IMG/VR virus record: IMGVR_UViG_3300024991_000250
Direction: 5' to 3' (one strand)
From: a virus
DNA length: 64,000 nucleotides
The notes under the pieces are model-generated. The model did not search any database. It was not told the origin of the DNA and saw only the letters and a program-made list of their open reading frames with translations. Numbering within the stretch: the first letter of the stretch is position 1; each line of letters starts with the position of its first letter. This document shows, in pieces, positions 10,336 to 20,718 of this stretch. A program made the translations under genes and the position numbers.

Positions 10336-10746
10336 TCAGCCGGTGATGTCGAACCTGTAAGGAACCGCAATCGCCACCACGAAATAAAGGCCATTGCTGT
10401 TGCCGCTATCGGCGGAGCTGGGAGCGAAGGTCTCGACCCCGTCGAAGTGTTTGCCGCGAAAATGGCTGGCAAGGCTGTCAGCCCAGGCGCGCGCCTCCTC
10501 GGTGCCGCTGCCACGCTGGACATGCAGCACCAGCCGCGCCGCTCCCTCTTCGCGATAGATATTGTTGCCCGGCGCCCCGAACGACGCGCGGACCGATTCC
10601 GAGAACGGAAACTGCATCACCATGTATGGCGAGCCATCGGCCGGCACCTGGCCACCTGTATTCTCGTCGATGATCGGGCAGAGGCCGATCTGCGCCCACG
10701 AACTGAGCCTGGCCGCAAAGGCGGCCACCACGGCAGCTTGCGCCAT
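10336..10746 (-). CDS. Tail terminator-like protein (136 aa)
   Basis: Position before the tail tube; YREEG...LHVQRGSG motif. Confidence 0.7.
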   Translation of the reverse strand: MAQAAVVAAFAARLSSWAQIGLCPIIDENTGGQVPADGSPYMVMQFPFSESVRASFGAPGNNIYREEGAARLVLHVQRGSGTEEARAWADSLASHFRGKHFDGVETFAPSSADSGNSNGLYFVVAIAVPYRFDITG

Positions 10747-10748
10747 CC

Positions 10749-11348
10749 CTACCTCCCCAGCCGCACGATAATCGCCGGCTGCCGCTCGGCCGACTTGTTG
10801 GACCGGCTTCCGGCAACCGTCCGATAGCCGAACAGCACCCGCGCAACATTGCCGAACCGCCGCGCGGCCACCACGGCCACGGCCTGATAGACGCCATCGG
10901 GTGCCTGATCGGACAGCCCGGCTTCGATCTTGCGGGCATAGGGCAGCATGTTGACGAAGATATACTCCGCCGCATCCGGGATCTTGCTGGTCACTTCAGT
11001 GCCATCGGCAAACATCACATGATTGCGCGCATAGGCGCCGGTCAGGACCGGCGATGTCAGCACCAGCTGCCGGCCGATCCACTCGAGCGCGTCATTGACC
11101 AGGTCGAACTCGGCCACGATCACGCCATCCGGCCGCACGCTGGTCAGTGCGGCCGCACGCCGCCCATCGACGAACACTTCCCGATGCACCGCCGTGCCGA
11201 GCGCCGCCCGGTTCTGCCGATCGGCCTCGGCAATCTGCTCGCCGGCATAGTCTGCCAGCGCCCGGCTGCGCGCCTCCGGCGACAGGTCTTGGGCAACGAT
11301 GAAAGCGATGTCGCGCGCAATCGGCTCGACCTTGGTCGAAACTCTCAT
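10749..11348 (-). CDS. Tail completion protein, HK97 gp10-like (199 aa)
   Basis: SPVLTGAY...N..PYARKIEAGLS.QAP.G motif. Confidence 0.7.
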   Translation of the reverse strand: MRVSTKVEPIARDIAFIVAQDLSPEARSRALADYAGEQIAEADRQNRAALGTAVHREVFVDGRRAAALTSVRPDGVIVAEFDLVNDALEWIGRQLVLTSPVLTGAYARNHVMFADGTEVTSKIPDAAEYIFVNMLPYARKIEAGLSDQAPDGVYQAVAVVAARRFGNVARVLFGYRTVAGSRSNKSAERQPAIIVRLGR

Positions 11349-11671
11349 CCGCGCACCTGCATATTGAGCCGCACCAGCACGTCGGCCACATAGACCAGCT
11401 CGACATTCTCCACATGACGGCGCCGGCCGAACATCACCACGAAATCGCCCCGATGCGGCGGCTCCGCTGCAAATGCCGAGCCGACAAGACCACTGGGCGA
11501 AATCACCACCTGACTATCGCCCTGCATGATCCCCTCGCTGATCTCGTCCGGCTTGTACTGGCGCGGGAACCCCCGTACCTCGTGCGGCACCCCGCCACGC
11601 TCAATCCGCACCGCGCTGCCATGACGGTCAATCTGCCGATCCAGCATCCCGATCGCTTGGTCGGGGGTCAT
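11345..11671 (-). CDS. Head closure/head-tail joining protein (108 aa)
   Basis: Position and size; ATGA coupling on both sides. Confidence 0.65.
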   Translation of the reverse strand: MTPDQAIGMLDRQIDRHGSAVRIERGGVPHEVRGFPRQYKPDEISEGIMQGDSQVVISPSGLVGSAFAAEPPHRGDFVVMFGRRRHVENVELVYVADVLVRLNMQVRG

Positions 11672-12270
11672 ATCCAGTACACCCTAAGCGGCTGCAGCAG
11701 CATGTCGGTTGCAGCCTTCACCGCTTGGGTGGCCGCCTCGGACACCGTGTAAACCGTAGAGCCGACGCCCTCGACATCCTCCTGGCGAAGATAGAGGCTT
11801 TGCGCGCCCATGGCCTTGAGCTGCTGCACACCAATGATCACGGCCTGCTTTGCGTTCGCCGGAACATCTTCGGCTGCATAACCAGCCTTATAGGTGATCG
11901 TCACCGCATCGGCCGAGCATTCGGTTTGAGGCAGCGCAAAACCGGTTCCGAACTGGCACCGGTTTCCACCCGACAGGCGATAGTGGCTCTCATCCACCAC
12001 CTGCTCGACACCATCTGCGTCTCGATAGACGACGCTGACAATATCGATGACTGGCTCATAGGGCAGTCGAATGACGCGTGAGAACCGAGGCAGCGAATAC
12101 TCCAGCTCCTGCTCGCCCAGCGACCGCCCCAGCCATCCGGTCGGTCCATCAATCCCAGCCTGCACGGCGGCGATCAGCGCAATCACCCCTGCGTGGGATG
12201 CGCCTTGCTCGCTGGGGACATCGTCAGACGTGACAATAGGTGCGGGACCGGAGAGGCGACGAACGGCCAT
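11668..12270 (-). CDS. Head-tail connector, gp6-like (200 aa)
   Basis: WLGRSL..Q.L...LP..PV..IVSV.Y.D...ITYKAGY...VP...KQA motif. Confidence 0.8.
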   Translation of the reverse strand: MAVRRLSGPAPIVTSDDVPSEQGASHAGVIALIAAVQAGIDGPTGWLGRSLGEQELEYSLPRFSRVIRLPYEPVIDIVSVVYRDADGVEQVVDESHYRLSGGNRCQFGTGFALPQTECSADAVTITYKAGYAAEDVPANAKQAVIIGVQQLKAMGAQSLYLRQEDVEGVGSTVYTVSEAATQAVKAATDMLLQPLRVYWI

Positions 12271-12272
12271 AA

Positions 12273-12767
12273 TTAAGCAGCGGCCTTAAGCGCGGCCAAT
12301 ATGCCAGCCACATCGGTAGCGGAAGAGATGTCGATGGACTTTTTCGCAGCAAAAGCCTTGAGCTCGTCCACCGTCATGTCGTCAAGGTGCTTTTCCTTCA
12401 TATCGGCAGCTATCAGGGTAGCGATCACATCACCCTTGTTGCGGGCCGCAGAAACATCCACCCCTCGCTTGGCGGCCAGAGCGTCAAGCTGCGGGCGGGT
12501 AAGCGCACCAAGCTCCGCTGCAACATTGCTGTCCGCCGCCGAAATGTCGTCCCCCACGGGATCATCATTGGACGCATCAACTACAACCGCCACGCCACGC
12601 TGCAGCCAGCGATTCATGAAGGCCTGAAGCCATTCGTCGGTCGGATCCTGCTGCAGGCCGAGTTTTTCGCGGACATCTTCGCTGGCGAGAATGGAACCGG
12701 CCTCAAAGGTCGGGCCCTTGCCAGGCGCGGCTTCATAAATCTGGGTAGAAAGGAACCGGATGCGCAT
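12273..12767 (-). CDS. Hypothetical protein with two HeH/LEM-like helical repeats (164 aa)
   Basis: LTRPQLDALAAKRGVD and MTVDELKAFAAKKSID repeats. Confidence 0.6.
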   Translation of the reverse strand: MRIRFLSTQIYEAAPGKGPTFEAGSILASEDVREKLGLQQDPTDEWLQAFMNRWLQRGVAVVVDASNDDPVGDDISAADSNVAAELGALTRPQLDALAAKRGVDVSAARNKGDVIATLIAADMKEKHLDDMTVDELKAFAAKKSIDISSATDVAGILAALKAAA

Positions 12768-12789
12768 GGCGCCAACCTCAATGAATGAG

Positions 12790-12817
12790 AAAAGGGAAAG
12801 CGGGGCCGGAGCCCCGC
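12790..12817 (-). terminator. Rho-independent terminator after the capsid genes
   Basis: GCGGGGC-TCCG-GCCCCGC followed by TTTCCCTTTT on the minus strand. Confidence 0.75.
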
Positions 12818-12821
12818 CCTA

Positions 12822-13334
12822 TCAGTCGACGATCGCGCTTGCGGCAGCAGCGCCAGCGAACTTGGCGCCGCGCAGGATGTAGAGTGCGGCGATCAGCTGC
12901 GAGCCCGCAGAACCAGTATCAGGAACCTGGAGCTGAATGCAGTCGAAGCCATTGTTGACGTCGAGATCTTCAGCATCGAACTCGATCAGGAACAGCCCCT
13001 GAGCCTCAGCACTGGCCGCGTCGGTATAGGTATTGGCCGCAGCCTGCGTGACGGTCGTGAAAGTGCCGATACCAGTCTGGACACCAACCTTGGCGTCGAT
13101 GCGGGTAAAGTTCAGCGCCTTGGCATCGGTGCCCGACACATCCTTGGCCTGACGCACTGTGATAACCGGGTCATCGCCGGCCACACCGGCCGCCTTCATC
13201 AGCACGATGGTGCAGCGCTCGTAATTCTTGAGCGACACCCAATCGCCATTGTTGGCAGCAGCCTGAGAATCGACCGGGACGATTGCCGTCACGATCTGCG
13301 TATCCTCCGCGAGGAGGTTGTTGAGGTAACCCAT
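12822..13334 (-). CDS. Capsid-associated (decoration/cement-like) protein
   Basis: Immediately after the major capsid gene; beta-rich; GGAG upstream of ATG 13334. Confidence 0.55.
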   Translation of the reverse strand: MGYLNNLLAEDTQIVTAIVPVDSQAAANNGDWVSLKNYERCTIVLMKAAGVAGDDPVITVRQAKDVSGTDAKALNFTRIDAKVGVQTGIGTFTTVTQAAANTYTDAASAEAQGLFLIEFDAEDLDVNNGFDCIQLQVPDTGSAGSQLIAALYILRGAKFAGAAAASAIVD

Positions 13335-13409
13335 GATGGAAAACTCCAAGCGCCCATTAGGCGAGGGTGAAAGGGGAGACGCGCCGATTCATCCCGGCGC
13401 GCTGATCGC

Positions 13410-14894
13410 TTAGCGGGAAGCGAGGGTGATGTAAGGCGACTGGGCGTTCGCGCCGTCGCGCTGCGCGATAGCCGACGGCCACCACGGCTGGCCGGCAACC
13501 CGCATGGTGAAGCGAAACGCCACCATGTCCTGGTCGAACCAGAGATGGATCGACACATCGGACTTGATGCCGTTGGCATCGCGGCCGCCGCCGGTCTTGG
13601 TGACCGTCAGATACTGGGCGAGGTCAACCAGCATCACATCGCCAAGATCGCCGATGGTTTCCGCAACCTGATGCGGGATCACCGGACGGCCCCAGAGGGT
13701 GCCATACATGTTGCCGGAGACGCCGCCGGGAGGCAGATAGACCGGCTGGTTGGCCAGGCTCATCAGCGGCAGGGTAGCTTCGACGTCCGGGTGCATCAGC
13801 CACACCGCAGTGCGGCGCGAGGACACGGGCAGACGGCCCCACATCTTCGCCAGATTGGTCACATTGACGGTGTCGGCCGTCTGGCCGGCCTCGGCGGCAA
13901 CGGTCACCAGAGCGGGCGAATTGAGGAACCCGAGCGGCATGCCAACGCCAGTACCGCGCACGATCGCGTCGGATACCTTGAAGTCCATCTTTTCCGGAGC
14001 TTTCCGGTTCAGATAGGCGCCCATTGCAGGCGCATCTTCAAGCAGTTCTTCGGTGACCGGCACGAGAGTGGCCAGAGTGTGCAGCTTCAGCGTGGTTTCG
14101 CCGAGAGCAGGCTTGCTCTGCTGCTTCACACCAGCTTCGGCCGTCCAGTAGGACTGGATGCCGCCGGAGGTCTGCCAGGGAGTGGTCGAGTCTGTCGGCA
14201 GCGTGATCGTGTTCGAGCTCGACTGCAGACGATCGGTCATGGCCAGAAGGCTGTCTTCATTGAAGACCGGAGCCAAGATTTCGGTGCGGAAGTCGGCCGG
14301 AACTGCGAAACCGCCGTCGGCACCAGTGCCTTCATTGCCATAGGTCGATACCGCAGCATTACGCAGACGGGGGTCCATGTCGCCACCACGCTGGGACGCC
14401 TGGCGAACTGCATTGGCGAATTCGCCGAGGTGACGGAAGCCATTGGTGCCGCGAGCAGTAGCCGCCGGCTGAGCCGGAACAGGGCGCGCGGTGCCACGCG
14501 TAGCCGCATTGCTCGGCCGCTGCCCAGCGGAATTGTTCGGCTGGTCGACAGTGTCCGCATTGTCGTCGGGATCGGTCTGACGGCCACGCGGAGCAGTCAG
14601 CATCGCATTCTGGGTGTTGACGCGATTGCGCAGTTCGATCTGGCGCTCGAGGTCGTCGAACTCGTTGGTCAGACCTTCGATTTCGGTCTGCTCCTGGTTG
14701 GTCAGATCGCGGCTTTCGCTTTCCGCCCGGGCCAGAATAGCCTGGGACGATTCCATCAGCGCCTGCTGACGATCGCGATGCGCATCAATGGTCGCGTCGG
14801 TCGGGCCATCGGCAAACATGCCGAAGCCGTAGGGAAGTGCGCCAATGGCCAGCACGGCCAAGACGCTGGACGGCACCGTGAAGTGCTTACCCAT
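13410..14894 (-). CDS. HK97-fold major capsid protein (494 aa)
   Basis: Coiled delta domain, GGFAVP, LVPVTEELLED, D...FRF..RV.G motifs; SD aggag before ATG 14894. Confidence 0.95.
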   Translation of the reverse strand: MGKHFTVPSSVLAVLAIGALPYGFGMFADGPTDATIDAHRDRQQALMESSQAILARAESESRDLTNQEQTEIEGLTNEFDDLERQIELRNRVNTQNAMLTAPRGRQTDPDDNADTVDQPNNSAGQRPSNAATRGTARPVPAQPAATARGTNGFRHLGEFANAVRQASQRGGDMDPRLRNAAVSTYGNEGTGADGGFAVPADFRTEILAPVFNEDSLLAMTDRLQSSSNTITLPTDSTTPWQTSGGIQSYWTAEAGVKQQSKPALGETTLKLHTLATLVPVTEELLEDAPAMGAYLNRKAPEKMDFKVSDAIVRGTGVGMPLGFLNSPALVTVAAEAGQTADTVNVTNLAKMWGRLPVSSRRTAVWLMHPDVEATLPLMSLANQPVYLPPGGVSGNMYGTLWGRPVIPHQVAETIGDLGDVMLVDLAQYLTVTKTGGGRDANGIKSDVSIHLWFDQDMVAFRFTMRVAGQPWWPSAIAQRDGANAQSPYITLASR

Positions 14895-14993
14895 GTCTAT
14901 ACTCCTAAGAAAATGGCCCGCCGAAGCGAGCCGTTGGCCGTGGCCGGTTGGCCACCTCACTGCCGGCACCGTGCCAGCAGAATCTCTATGTGA

Positions 14994-15725
14994 TCAGGCG
15001 GCTTTGCCTGCCTGATGCTTGAGCTTCATCGTCGCGATCCGTGACCGCGCCGCATCCATGTTGGGCGTCCCGGCCAAAGCTGCCGGCGCCTTGTTGAACC
15101 GATGCTTTGCCGGGTCGAAACGCGCTGCGAGCCGCATATTGTCGGCCACATCAGTCGCAAAACCATTGTCAACGGCTTCCTGCGCAGTGAACCAGGTCTC
15201 GACGTCCATCCAGTTCTTGATCTCAGCCTCGGTCTTGCCGGTGCGGGCGATGTAGACGTCACGGATGCTCTGTGTGGTGCGATCGAGCAGCCCAGCCATG
15301 GTCCGCATGTCCTCGCTGTCGCCCATGGCGAAGCCCCAGGCATTGTGGATCATCAGGAAGCCGGATTCGCTGATGTGGATTTCCTCACCGGCCATGGCGA
15401 TTACCGACGCAATCGAAGCGGCAAGGCCGTCGATATGCACGATGACCTTTGCCTTGTGGTCGACGAGAAGCCGGTAAATCGTCAGGCCATCAAAGACATC
15501 ACCGCCAGGGCTGTTGATGCGCAGGCGGATCGTATCGACGTTCCCGGCCGCCTTCAGATCATCAGCAAACTGCTTCGCCGTGACGCCGCCGAACCATGAA
15601 TCTCCGACATCGCCGTAGAGCATGATTTCGGCTTCTTTGCCCTTGGCCTTGATACTGAAACCGCTTGGCACTTTCGTGCCAGCGTCATTCAGAACGAGGC
15701 TGAGCGCGGTTGAGGACGATGCCAT
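14994..15725 (-). CDS. ClpP-type (S14) prohead protease
   Basis: INSPGGDVF, AASIAS (Ser), MIHN (His), ETWFTAQEAVDNGFA; GGAG before ATG 15725. Confidence 0.92.
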   Translation of the reverse strand: MASSSTALSLVLNDAGTKVPSGFSIKAKGKEAEIMLYGDVGDSWFGGVTAKQFADDLKAAGNVDTIRLRINSPGGDVFDGLTIYRLLVDHKAKVIVHIDGLAASIASVIAMAGEEIHISESGFLMIHNAWGFAMGDSEDMRTMAGLLDRTTQSIRDVYIARTGKTEAEIKNWMDVETWFTAQEAVDNGFATDVADNMRLAARFDPAKHRFNKAPAALAGTPNMDAARSRIATMKLKHQAGKAA

Positions 15726-16986
15726 GCGGAACTCCATTGGCTTGCGGCTGCGGGCTTGTGTCGGAGTGGTCGGTCGGCTGGTCTGTGCTGGTGGTGGCTG
15801 GGTCTTCGCCACGGATGAGACGCCCCAACACCTGAACCTGCTGGGAAACGAGGCTGACATCGCCGTCGGGGCCAATGCCGTTCATGTCCTCGAGCGCCAG
15901 AATGCGGTTCAGCGGGACGCCCAGATCGAGCAAGCCCTTGTAGAATTTCATGCGGCTGTCATTGTCGCCGCGCATCAGCGCCTGCACCGAAACCTTCGTG
16001 TACAGTCCCTGACGATTGGCGCCGAAAAGCTTGTAATCGGCTTCCTGCTCGAAAACTCTGATCCAAGGCGTGATGCTGTCGACGACGACTTCGATCGACT
16101 GGTGTTCGATGTTCGAGAAGGTCGAGCGCAACAGGTGCATGACTTTGTGTGGGGGCACCCCGAACCAGCGGCAGATCTCTTCGACCTGATGCTGGCGAGT
16201 TTCGATGAACTGAGACTTGTTCGCCTCCAGCGTCAGCGGCTTGAAGTCCATGTCAGCATCGAGAATAACCGTCCGGTCGCCCTTGGGTCCACTATATAGC
16301 CGCTTGAAGCTGGCCTTGAGCTCTTCGAGCGCCGGAACTGACAGTGCCTTCTTCGTCGTGACTACCCCACTGGGGTTCATTCCCTGGCCAAAGAACGTTG
16401 AGCCGAAAACTTCCGTCGCCTTTGCCCAGCCAATCGACTGTGCAGCATACGAGATCACGCTGTAGCCAACAGGGCCATCACCGAGACCGCGGACATGAAA
16501 CATGTCTTCGGCGTTCAGGATGGTCGACCCTGCCCGGCCGGTGACCTCATACTGAAGCGCCCCATCTTCTGCGCGAAGCACCGTCACCCGATCGGGATGG
16601 ATCGGCCAAAGCGCATACGGCATGTTTCGATTGTCGCGCTCGATTTCTGCATACGCGTTGCCGCGCAACAGGATATTCATCAGCATCGACTGGCGCCAAG
16701 AGAACGCGCTCATATCTGGGCACGGCCGGGTGTTCAGCAGCCGGTCAACCTGATGGCCAGAAGAGACGACCGCATTGCCGTTCGCGTCCTTGGTCATAAC
16801 GTGCCAAGGCAGTTGCGCTACCGTCCGGGTTAGGTACTGAACGCAAGCCCATACCGTCGCATTCTTCAGGGCATTGTCGGCATCGACATAGATGCCTGCA
16901 TCCGTCTTGCCCAGCGAGTAGACGCGGGTTTCCGAGGGGCGATCCCAGCCTGTGATGCGGTTGAGGACACGACCGAACCAATTCAT
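15685..16986 (-). CDS. HK97-family portal protein (433 aa)
   Basis: [37 protein letters not shown] motifs. Confidence 0.95.
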   Translation of the reverse strand: MNWFGRVLNRITGWDRPSETRVYSLGKTDAGIYVDADNALKNATVWACVQYLTRTVAQLPWHVMTKDANGNAVVSSGHQVDRLLNTRPCPDMSAFSWRQSMLMNILLRGNAYAEIERDNRNMPYALWPIHPDRVTVLRAEDGALQYEVTGRAGSTILNAEDMFHVRGLGDGPVGYSVISYAAQSIGWAKATEVFGSTFFGQGMNPSGVVTTKKALSVPALEELKASFKRLYSGPKGDRTVILDADMDFKPLTLEANKSQFIETRQHQVEEICRWFGVPPHKVMHLLRSTFSNIEHQSIEVVVDSITPWIRVFEQEADYKLFGANRQGLYTKVSVQALMRGDNDSRMKFYKGLLDLGVPLNRILALEDMNGIGPDGDVSLVSQQVQVLGRLIRGEDPATTSTDQPTDHSDTSPQPQANGVPHGIVLNRAQPRSE

Positions 16987-18698
16987 TGCGCCTCCTCAGC
17001 AGCTCTTTGCAAGGCAAGCTGCTCGTAAACAGACACGCCGCCACCCATTGCTTCCGGGTTCCGGCTCATCAACTGGGCCGCATTAAAAACCGCAATCAGC
17101 GGATCGATCTTGGCCTTGCCGGCCGCCTGCTTGGTGATCAGCACCGCATTACCGCGCTGCTCGGTCTTGGCATTGCCGACAGCCCAGGCCATCAGCTTCT
17201 GACCGCAATGCCAGAACGTCCCATCCTTGAGCTTCCGCTCGACGCCCCATACCGCTCCGGAGAGCTTATAGCCCTGGGAGACCGCCGCCATCTGCTCGTC
17301 GCCGATGCCCCGACCCGATAGCTCGTCGACCATGGCGGTCACGCCCATCGGGTCCAAACCAACGGCGCCCTTTTCCGGCAGCAGGCCGGCATCCTTCAGC
17401 CGCTCGACGATGTCGGCGACCTCTTGGATATCCTGCGTCGGGTGCTGACAAATGGTCAGTTCCCCGCACGCCTCGAAATCGCGAAGCAAAGTCACGATTT
17501 CCTTGCGCTGTTTGAGAGCATCGGTCTGTGCCCAGGCATGGCCCCAATGCAGCCATTCACGGGTGTTCCTGTCCCGGCCGATCACACCCAGGCCCAGCAG
17601 GTCGTCGAGGCCGCCCCCATCAATACCGACGACAGCGACATCCGATCGCTCGATGATCTCATCGAGGTCCAACCCGGACTGTTCTGCAGCCTCCCAATAG
17701 GCCGCACCGGCCCAGCGATCCCGCCGCAGCTTCAGCCCGATCTGGACATTGAGGTGCTTGGCTAGAAATGTCTGCTTGTCTTCTCCTACCTCCCCTTCGC
17801 CGCGCAAAACCTTGCGTAGCTTGTCCTCGAGCCATGATCGCCGAACCGAGCGACCAATATTGGGGTTGGTGACATAGAAGTTTTCGGGGTCGAGATAGGC
17901 TTCGCTGTCGAGCATGGCCTGCGGCCACTCGAACAGCATGCCAAAGGACCGCTTGTCCGCGATGACGCCATCACGAACGTCGCGAAAATATTCCAGCCGA
18001 TCCTTGAACACCCCGGATGGTGCCTCGTCGCTATGGGTCGAAAGGTAGATCACGAACCCTTCCGACTTTGACACCAGCCCACCGGTGGCCTCTTCCAGCA
18101 TCGCTGCAGCGCCGGCCATTTTGCCGAATAGCCAAAGCTCGTCGATCAGCACAAATCCCGCCTTCTTGCCGGCGACTGTGTTCGTGTCCGCCGCGACAAC
18201 TTTCAACTCAGCCCGCGTCACCAGGTGCTTGATCGTTTTCTGGTGGTCGACAGGCTTCAGGATCTTGGACAGTTCAGCATCTGCCCGGATCATTGCAGCC
18301 GCGGGCTTATAGCTATTGTTCGCGACTTCCAGCGTCGGCGCCAAGATCAGGAGCTCCGCATCGAACCGCCAGTTTCGGATCAGCGCCGTCACCATGATGC
18401 CGGCGGCGATGGTAGATTTCGCGTTCTTCTTGCTGATCAGGAGGAAGAACTCGGCGATATGACGGGTCATCTCCGCATGCTCATAAGCGCCGAAGATCGC
18501 CCGCACGAAATCGAAAACGAACGGCTCGCATGCCTCCCCGAAGGTCGGCATACCGGGCACGTCCACGATACGCAGCGACTTGAACACGGCAAGCGCAGCG
18601 TCTGCCTCGTCGGGAAACAGCGGCTCAAACGGCACCAGCGATTGCCGCTCGACGATCCGGGTCTCCCAGTCCGGGCAAGCCGTCGACCAGTCCAGCAT
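16983..18698 (-). CDS. terL: Terminase large subunit (571 aa)
   Basis: [10 protein letters not shown] Walker A, VLIDELW Walker [13 protein letters not shown] nuclease motif, KIDP. Confidence 0.96.
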   Translation of the reverse strand: MLDWSTACPDWETRIVERQSLVPFEPLFPDEADAALAVFKSLRIVDVPGMPTFGEACEPFVFDFVRAIFGAYEHAEMTRHIAEFFLLISKKNAKSTIAAGIMVTALIRNWRFDAELLILAPTLEVANNSYKPAAAMIRADAELSKILKPVDHQKTIKHLVTRAELKVVAADTNTVAGKKAGFVLIDELWLFGKMAGAAAMLEEATGGLVSKSEGFVIYLSTHSDEAPSGVFKDRLEYFRDVRDGVIADKRSFGMLFEWPQAMLDSEAYLDPENFYVTNPNIGRSVRRSWLEDKLRKVLRGEGEVGEDKQTFLAKHLNVQIGLKLRRDRWAGAAYWEAAEQSGLDLDEIIERSDVAVVGIDGGGLDDLLGLGVIGRDRNTREWLHWGHAWAQTDALKQRKEIVTLLRDFEACGELTICQHPTQDIQEVADIVERLKDAGLLPEKGAVGLDPMGVTAMVDELSGRGIGDEQMAAVSQGYKLSGAVWGVERKLKDGTFWHCGQKLMAWAVGNAKTEQRGNAVLITKQAAGKAKIDPLIAVFNAAQLMSRNPEAMGGGVSVYEQLALQRAAEEAQ

Positions 18699-19171
18699 CA
18701 GTTCAACCGCTCCGGCGGTGACGGAGGAGCGAAGAGCCCGGTTACACCGGCCGCGACCTCTTCCGCCATCTCCTTCTTGCCCTTCTTCACCTCTGCTGGC
18801 GGCCGGGTCTGATGACCACGGTTCTTGATCACCTCGGCCAGCTGGTCCAGGTCGTGCTTGTCGAAGCGCCGCGACATCTCCTTGATCGCGGCGACGTTGC
18901 CGGCATCGACCTGATCGAGCAGGGCGGCGATCAGCTTGGCATCCGCCCTTGCTCTTGCCTCTGCCCGCGACTTCAGCTCGCGAAAATAATTCTTCCGCAA
19001 AGTGGGTGGCGTGATCGACAGCGCGGCGGCAATCTTCTCTATCGACCAGTCAAACGCCTGTAAGGCCATGACAAGCCTACGTTTTTCGTCGGTCGGCACA
19101 TGCGCCGGCCGCCCGCGCTTGCCAAATCCTTCCGGAATTGGATCGCCGAGCAGGTCAAAATCCTGCGCCAT
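18698..19171 (-). CDS. terS: Terminase small subunit
   Basis: [31 protein letters not shown]; coupled to terL. Confidence 0.85.
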   Translation of the reverse strand: MAQDFDLLGDPIPEGFGKRGRPAHVPTDEKRRLVMALQAFDWSIEKIAAALSITPPTLRKNYFRELKSRAEARARADAKLIAALLDQVDAGNVAAIKEMSRRFDKHDLDQLAEVIKNRGHQTRPPAEVKKGKKEMAEEVAAGVTGLFAPPSPPERLN

Positions 19172-19174
19172 CAA

Positions 19175-19255
19175 AAAAAAATCTCCACATGACCCCCAAG
19201 CCGGTCAGCGGCCCCAGGCGGGTCCAGACTTCCGCCCCCCCCTCCCCGTCGCTGG
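19175..19255. other. Probable cos/packaging initiation region
   Basis: Non-coding gap between HNH and terS with G-run and T-run, where HK97-like phages carry cos; exact cut site not determinable. Confidence 0.45.
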
Positions 19256-19633
19256 TCAGTCCCAGCGGCCGGTGGGGATGGACTGCTCTTCGGCCTGGAT
19301 GAGCTTGTCGTGGACCGACTTGGCCACGGTCTCGATGTTGTTCATGTCCCAGAACAGCGCCGGGTCACCGCGATGCGGGCGCTTGTGGTTGGCCACAGGG
19401 CTGTCGGGCGCAGGGTGCTTGCCGATGACCAGCTGGCCGGTCCGCTGGCACTTGAAGCCGTCACGGGCGAACACCGCGATGCGCAGGTCTCGCCAGCGTT
19501 TGGTGCGATACCAGGCGCGCCACGGCGCGGCATCGTTGCGCGCCTTGTCACCGGCCTTCTCGTCGCCACTGGCATAGCCAATGCGCGGCGCCATCGGCTG
19601 GACGCGCGCGGGCAACGTCTTGAGCCTGCCCAT
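19256..19633 (-). CDS. Packaging-associated HNH endonuclease (gp74-like)
   Basis: WYRTKRWRDLR..V..RDGFKC, NHKRPHRGD..LFWD..N...H. Confidence 0.85.
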   Translation of the reverse strand: MGRLKTLPARVQPMAPRIGYASGDEKAGDKARNDAAPWRAWYRTKRWRDLRIAVFARDGFKCQRTGQLVIGKHPAPDSPVANHKRPHRGDPALFWDMNNIETVAKSVHDKLIQAEEQSIPTGRWD

Positions 19634-19709
19634 CCCGCACCCCAGAAACGCAAAAGGCGCTCCGGTTGCCCGATGCGCCTGTCTCAAGACCTGATTTGTT
19701 GTGGTGAAG

Positions 19710-20318
19710 CTACGTCAATTTTTGCGGAACCGTCAATGCCCCTTCTGCAAATTCCCACGGCCGGACCGCAACGGCTGGCAAAAGCGCCTCGTGGTCGACC
19801 ATTTCGGCATTGAGCAGCGGCACCAGATCGACAAGCGCATAGCGCCAGACATCGTAAGCCCGACGCGCCTCCTCGACTTCGGCCGGATCGTTCCCCTCGA
19901 GCACCGGCCGCGCATAGCCTATGAAGCCGCGCTTGGCATGCGGGTCGATATAGAGCTTCTTGGGGTTGCCAGCCTTGTCGACCTGGCAGACCCAGCGGCC
20001 AGGACCATCCTCGATCCAATCGGGCCGCGTCCCGTTTCGACCATGGCGGATCAGCAGCATGGTCGCCTCTGCCGGCAGCGCCATCACCGCGTCATAGATG
20101 ACCGCCGCATCCTCGTGACATTGCACCGCCATATGCATCGCGCCGGCCGACGATGTCTGCACCCTGCACCCCAATGCCAAGACCTGCGCCAGATTGCTCT
20201 CCGGCGACGGCTGCAAGCCGCTTGGCCCTGCCAGCCGCGCCGCCACCGCCTCGATCTTCTGGTCGCGGAAGGCCCAGACCACCAAGTCCTCTACATCCAC
20301 GGCCTTTGGCATAGCCAA
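19710..20318 (-). CDS. Putative late-gene regulator (202 aa)
   Basis: Position between replication and packaging modules; 'VEDLVVWAFRDQK' N-terminus; function inferred from synteny. Confidence 0.5.
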   Translation of the reverse strand: MAMPKAVDVEDLVVWAFRDQKIEAVAARLAGPSGLQPSPESNLAQVLALGCRVQTSSAGAMHMAVQCHEDAAVIYDAVMALPAEATMLLIRHGRNGTRPDWIEDGPGRWVCQVDKAGNPKKLYIDPHAKRGFIGYARPVLEGNDPAEVEEARRAYDVWRYALVDLVPLLNAEMVDHEALLPAVAVRPWEFAEGALTVPQKLT

Positions 20319-20329
20319 ATCTCCCTTGG

Positions 20330-20700
20330 GACAGTCCGTAGAGGTTTGAATGGGAACCTCTATCGGAGAAAGCGAAGCGAAATGAGTGTGTTAGAGAGGG
20401 TGGAACAGTTGGGAGGGTTGCCAATAGCACATGAGCTGCTTTTCCCGCCGCGATCCACCATCCTACACCCCACACCCCTTCCCCCTTTACTATACGTGCG
20501 CGAGACAGTCCCGACCCTCTAAATTTCAGGCCAAGACATTGATTTAGCTATTGAATTGAGAACGGGAGTTTTGCATTCACCCTCCCGCAAACCTCCCAAC
20601 CCTCTATCGCGCCGCGTGAGCGGCGGGAGGGTTGGGACTGCCGCTTCTCTGTAAAAAGGGGGTGCGGGGCGCGGGGCGAAGGCTCTAACCCTCTGCCCCG
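20330..20700. repeat. Iterated CCAACCCTC-type motifs and long hairpin, candidate origin
   Basis: CAGTCCCGACCCTC at 20506-20519; TCCCAACCCTC at 20594-20604 with inverted copy at 20627-20637; GGGAGGGTTG near 20411; directly downstream of the helicase. Confidence 0.5.
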
Positions 20701-20718
20701 CTTCAGGCCGTTGGCGGG

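Larger units (their letters stand above)
1..17242. repeat. Copy 1 of 17,242-bp direct repeat (genome unit length 46,758 bp)
   Basis: Position 1 (cacggtcataggcc) recurs at 46759. Every ORF in 1-17242 recurs with identical translation at +46758, and the window end matches 17242. Confidence 0.97.

Noticed and set aside
12273-12290. CtrA site (TTAA...TTAA)
   Set aside because: Spacer is 9 rather than 7 nt, and it lies within a coding end
14810-14894. Signal peptide on the major capsid protein
   Set aside because: The hydrophobic N-terminal stretch is more simply part of the cleaved delta/scaffold region; no further support
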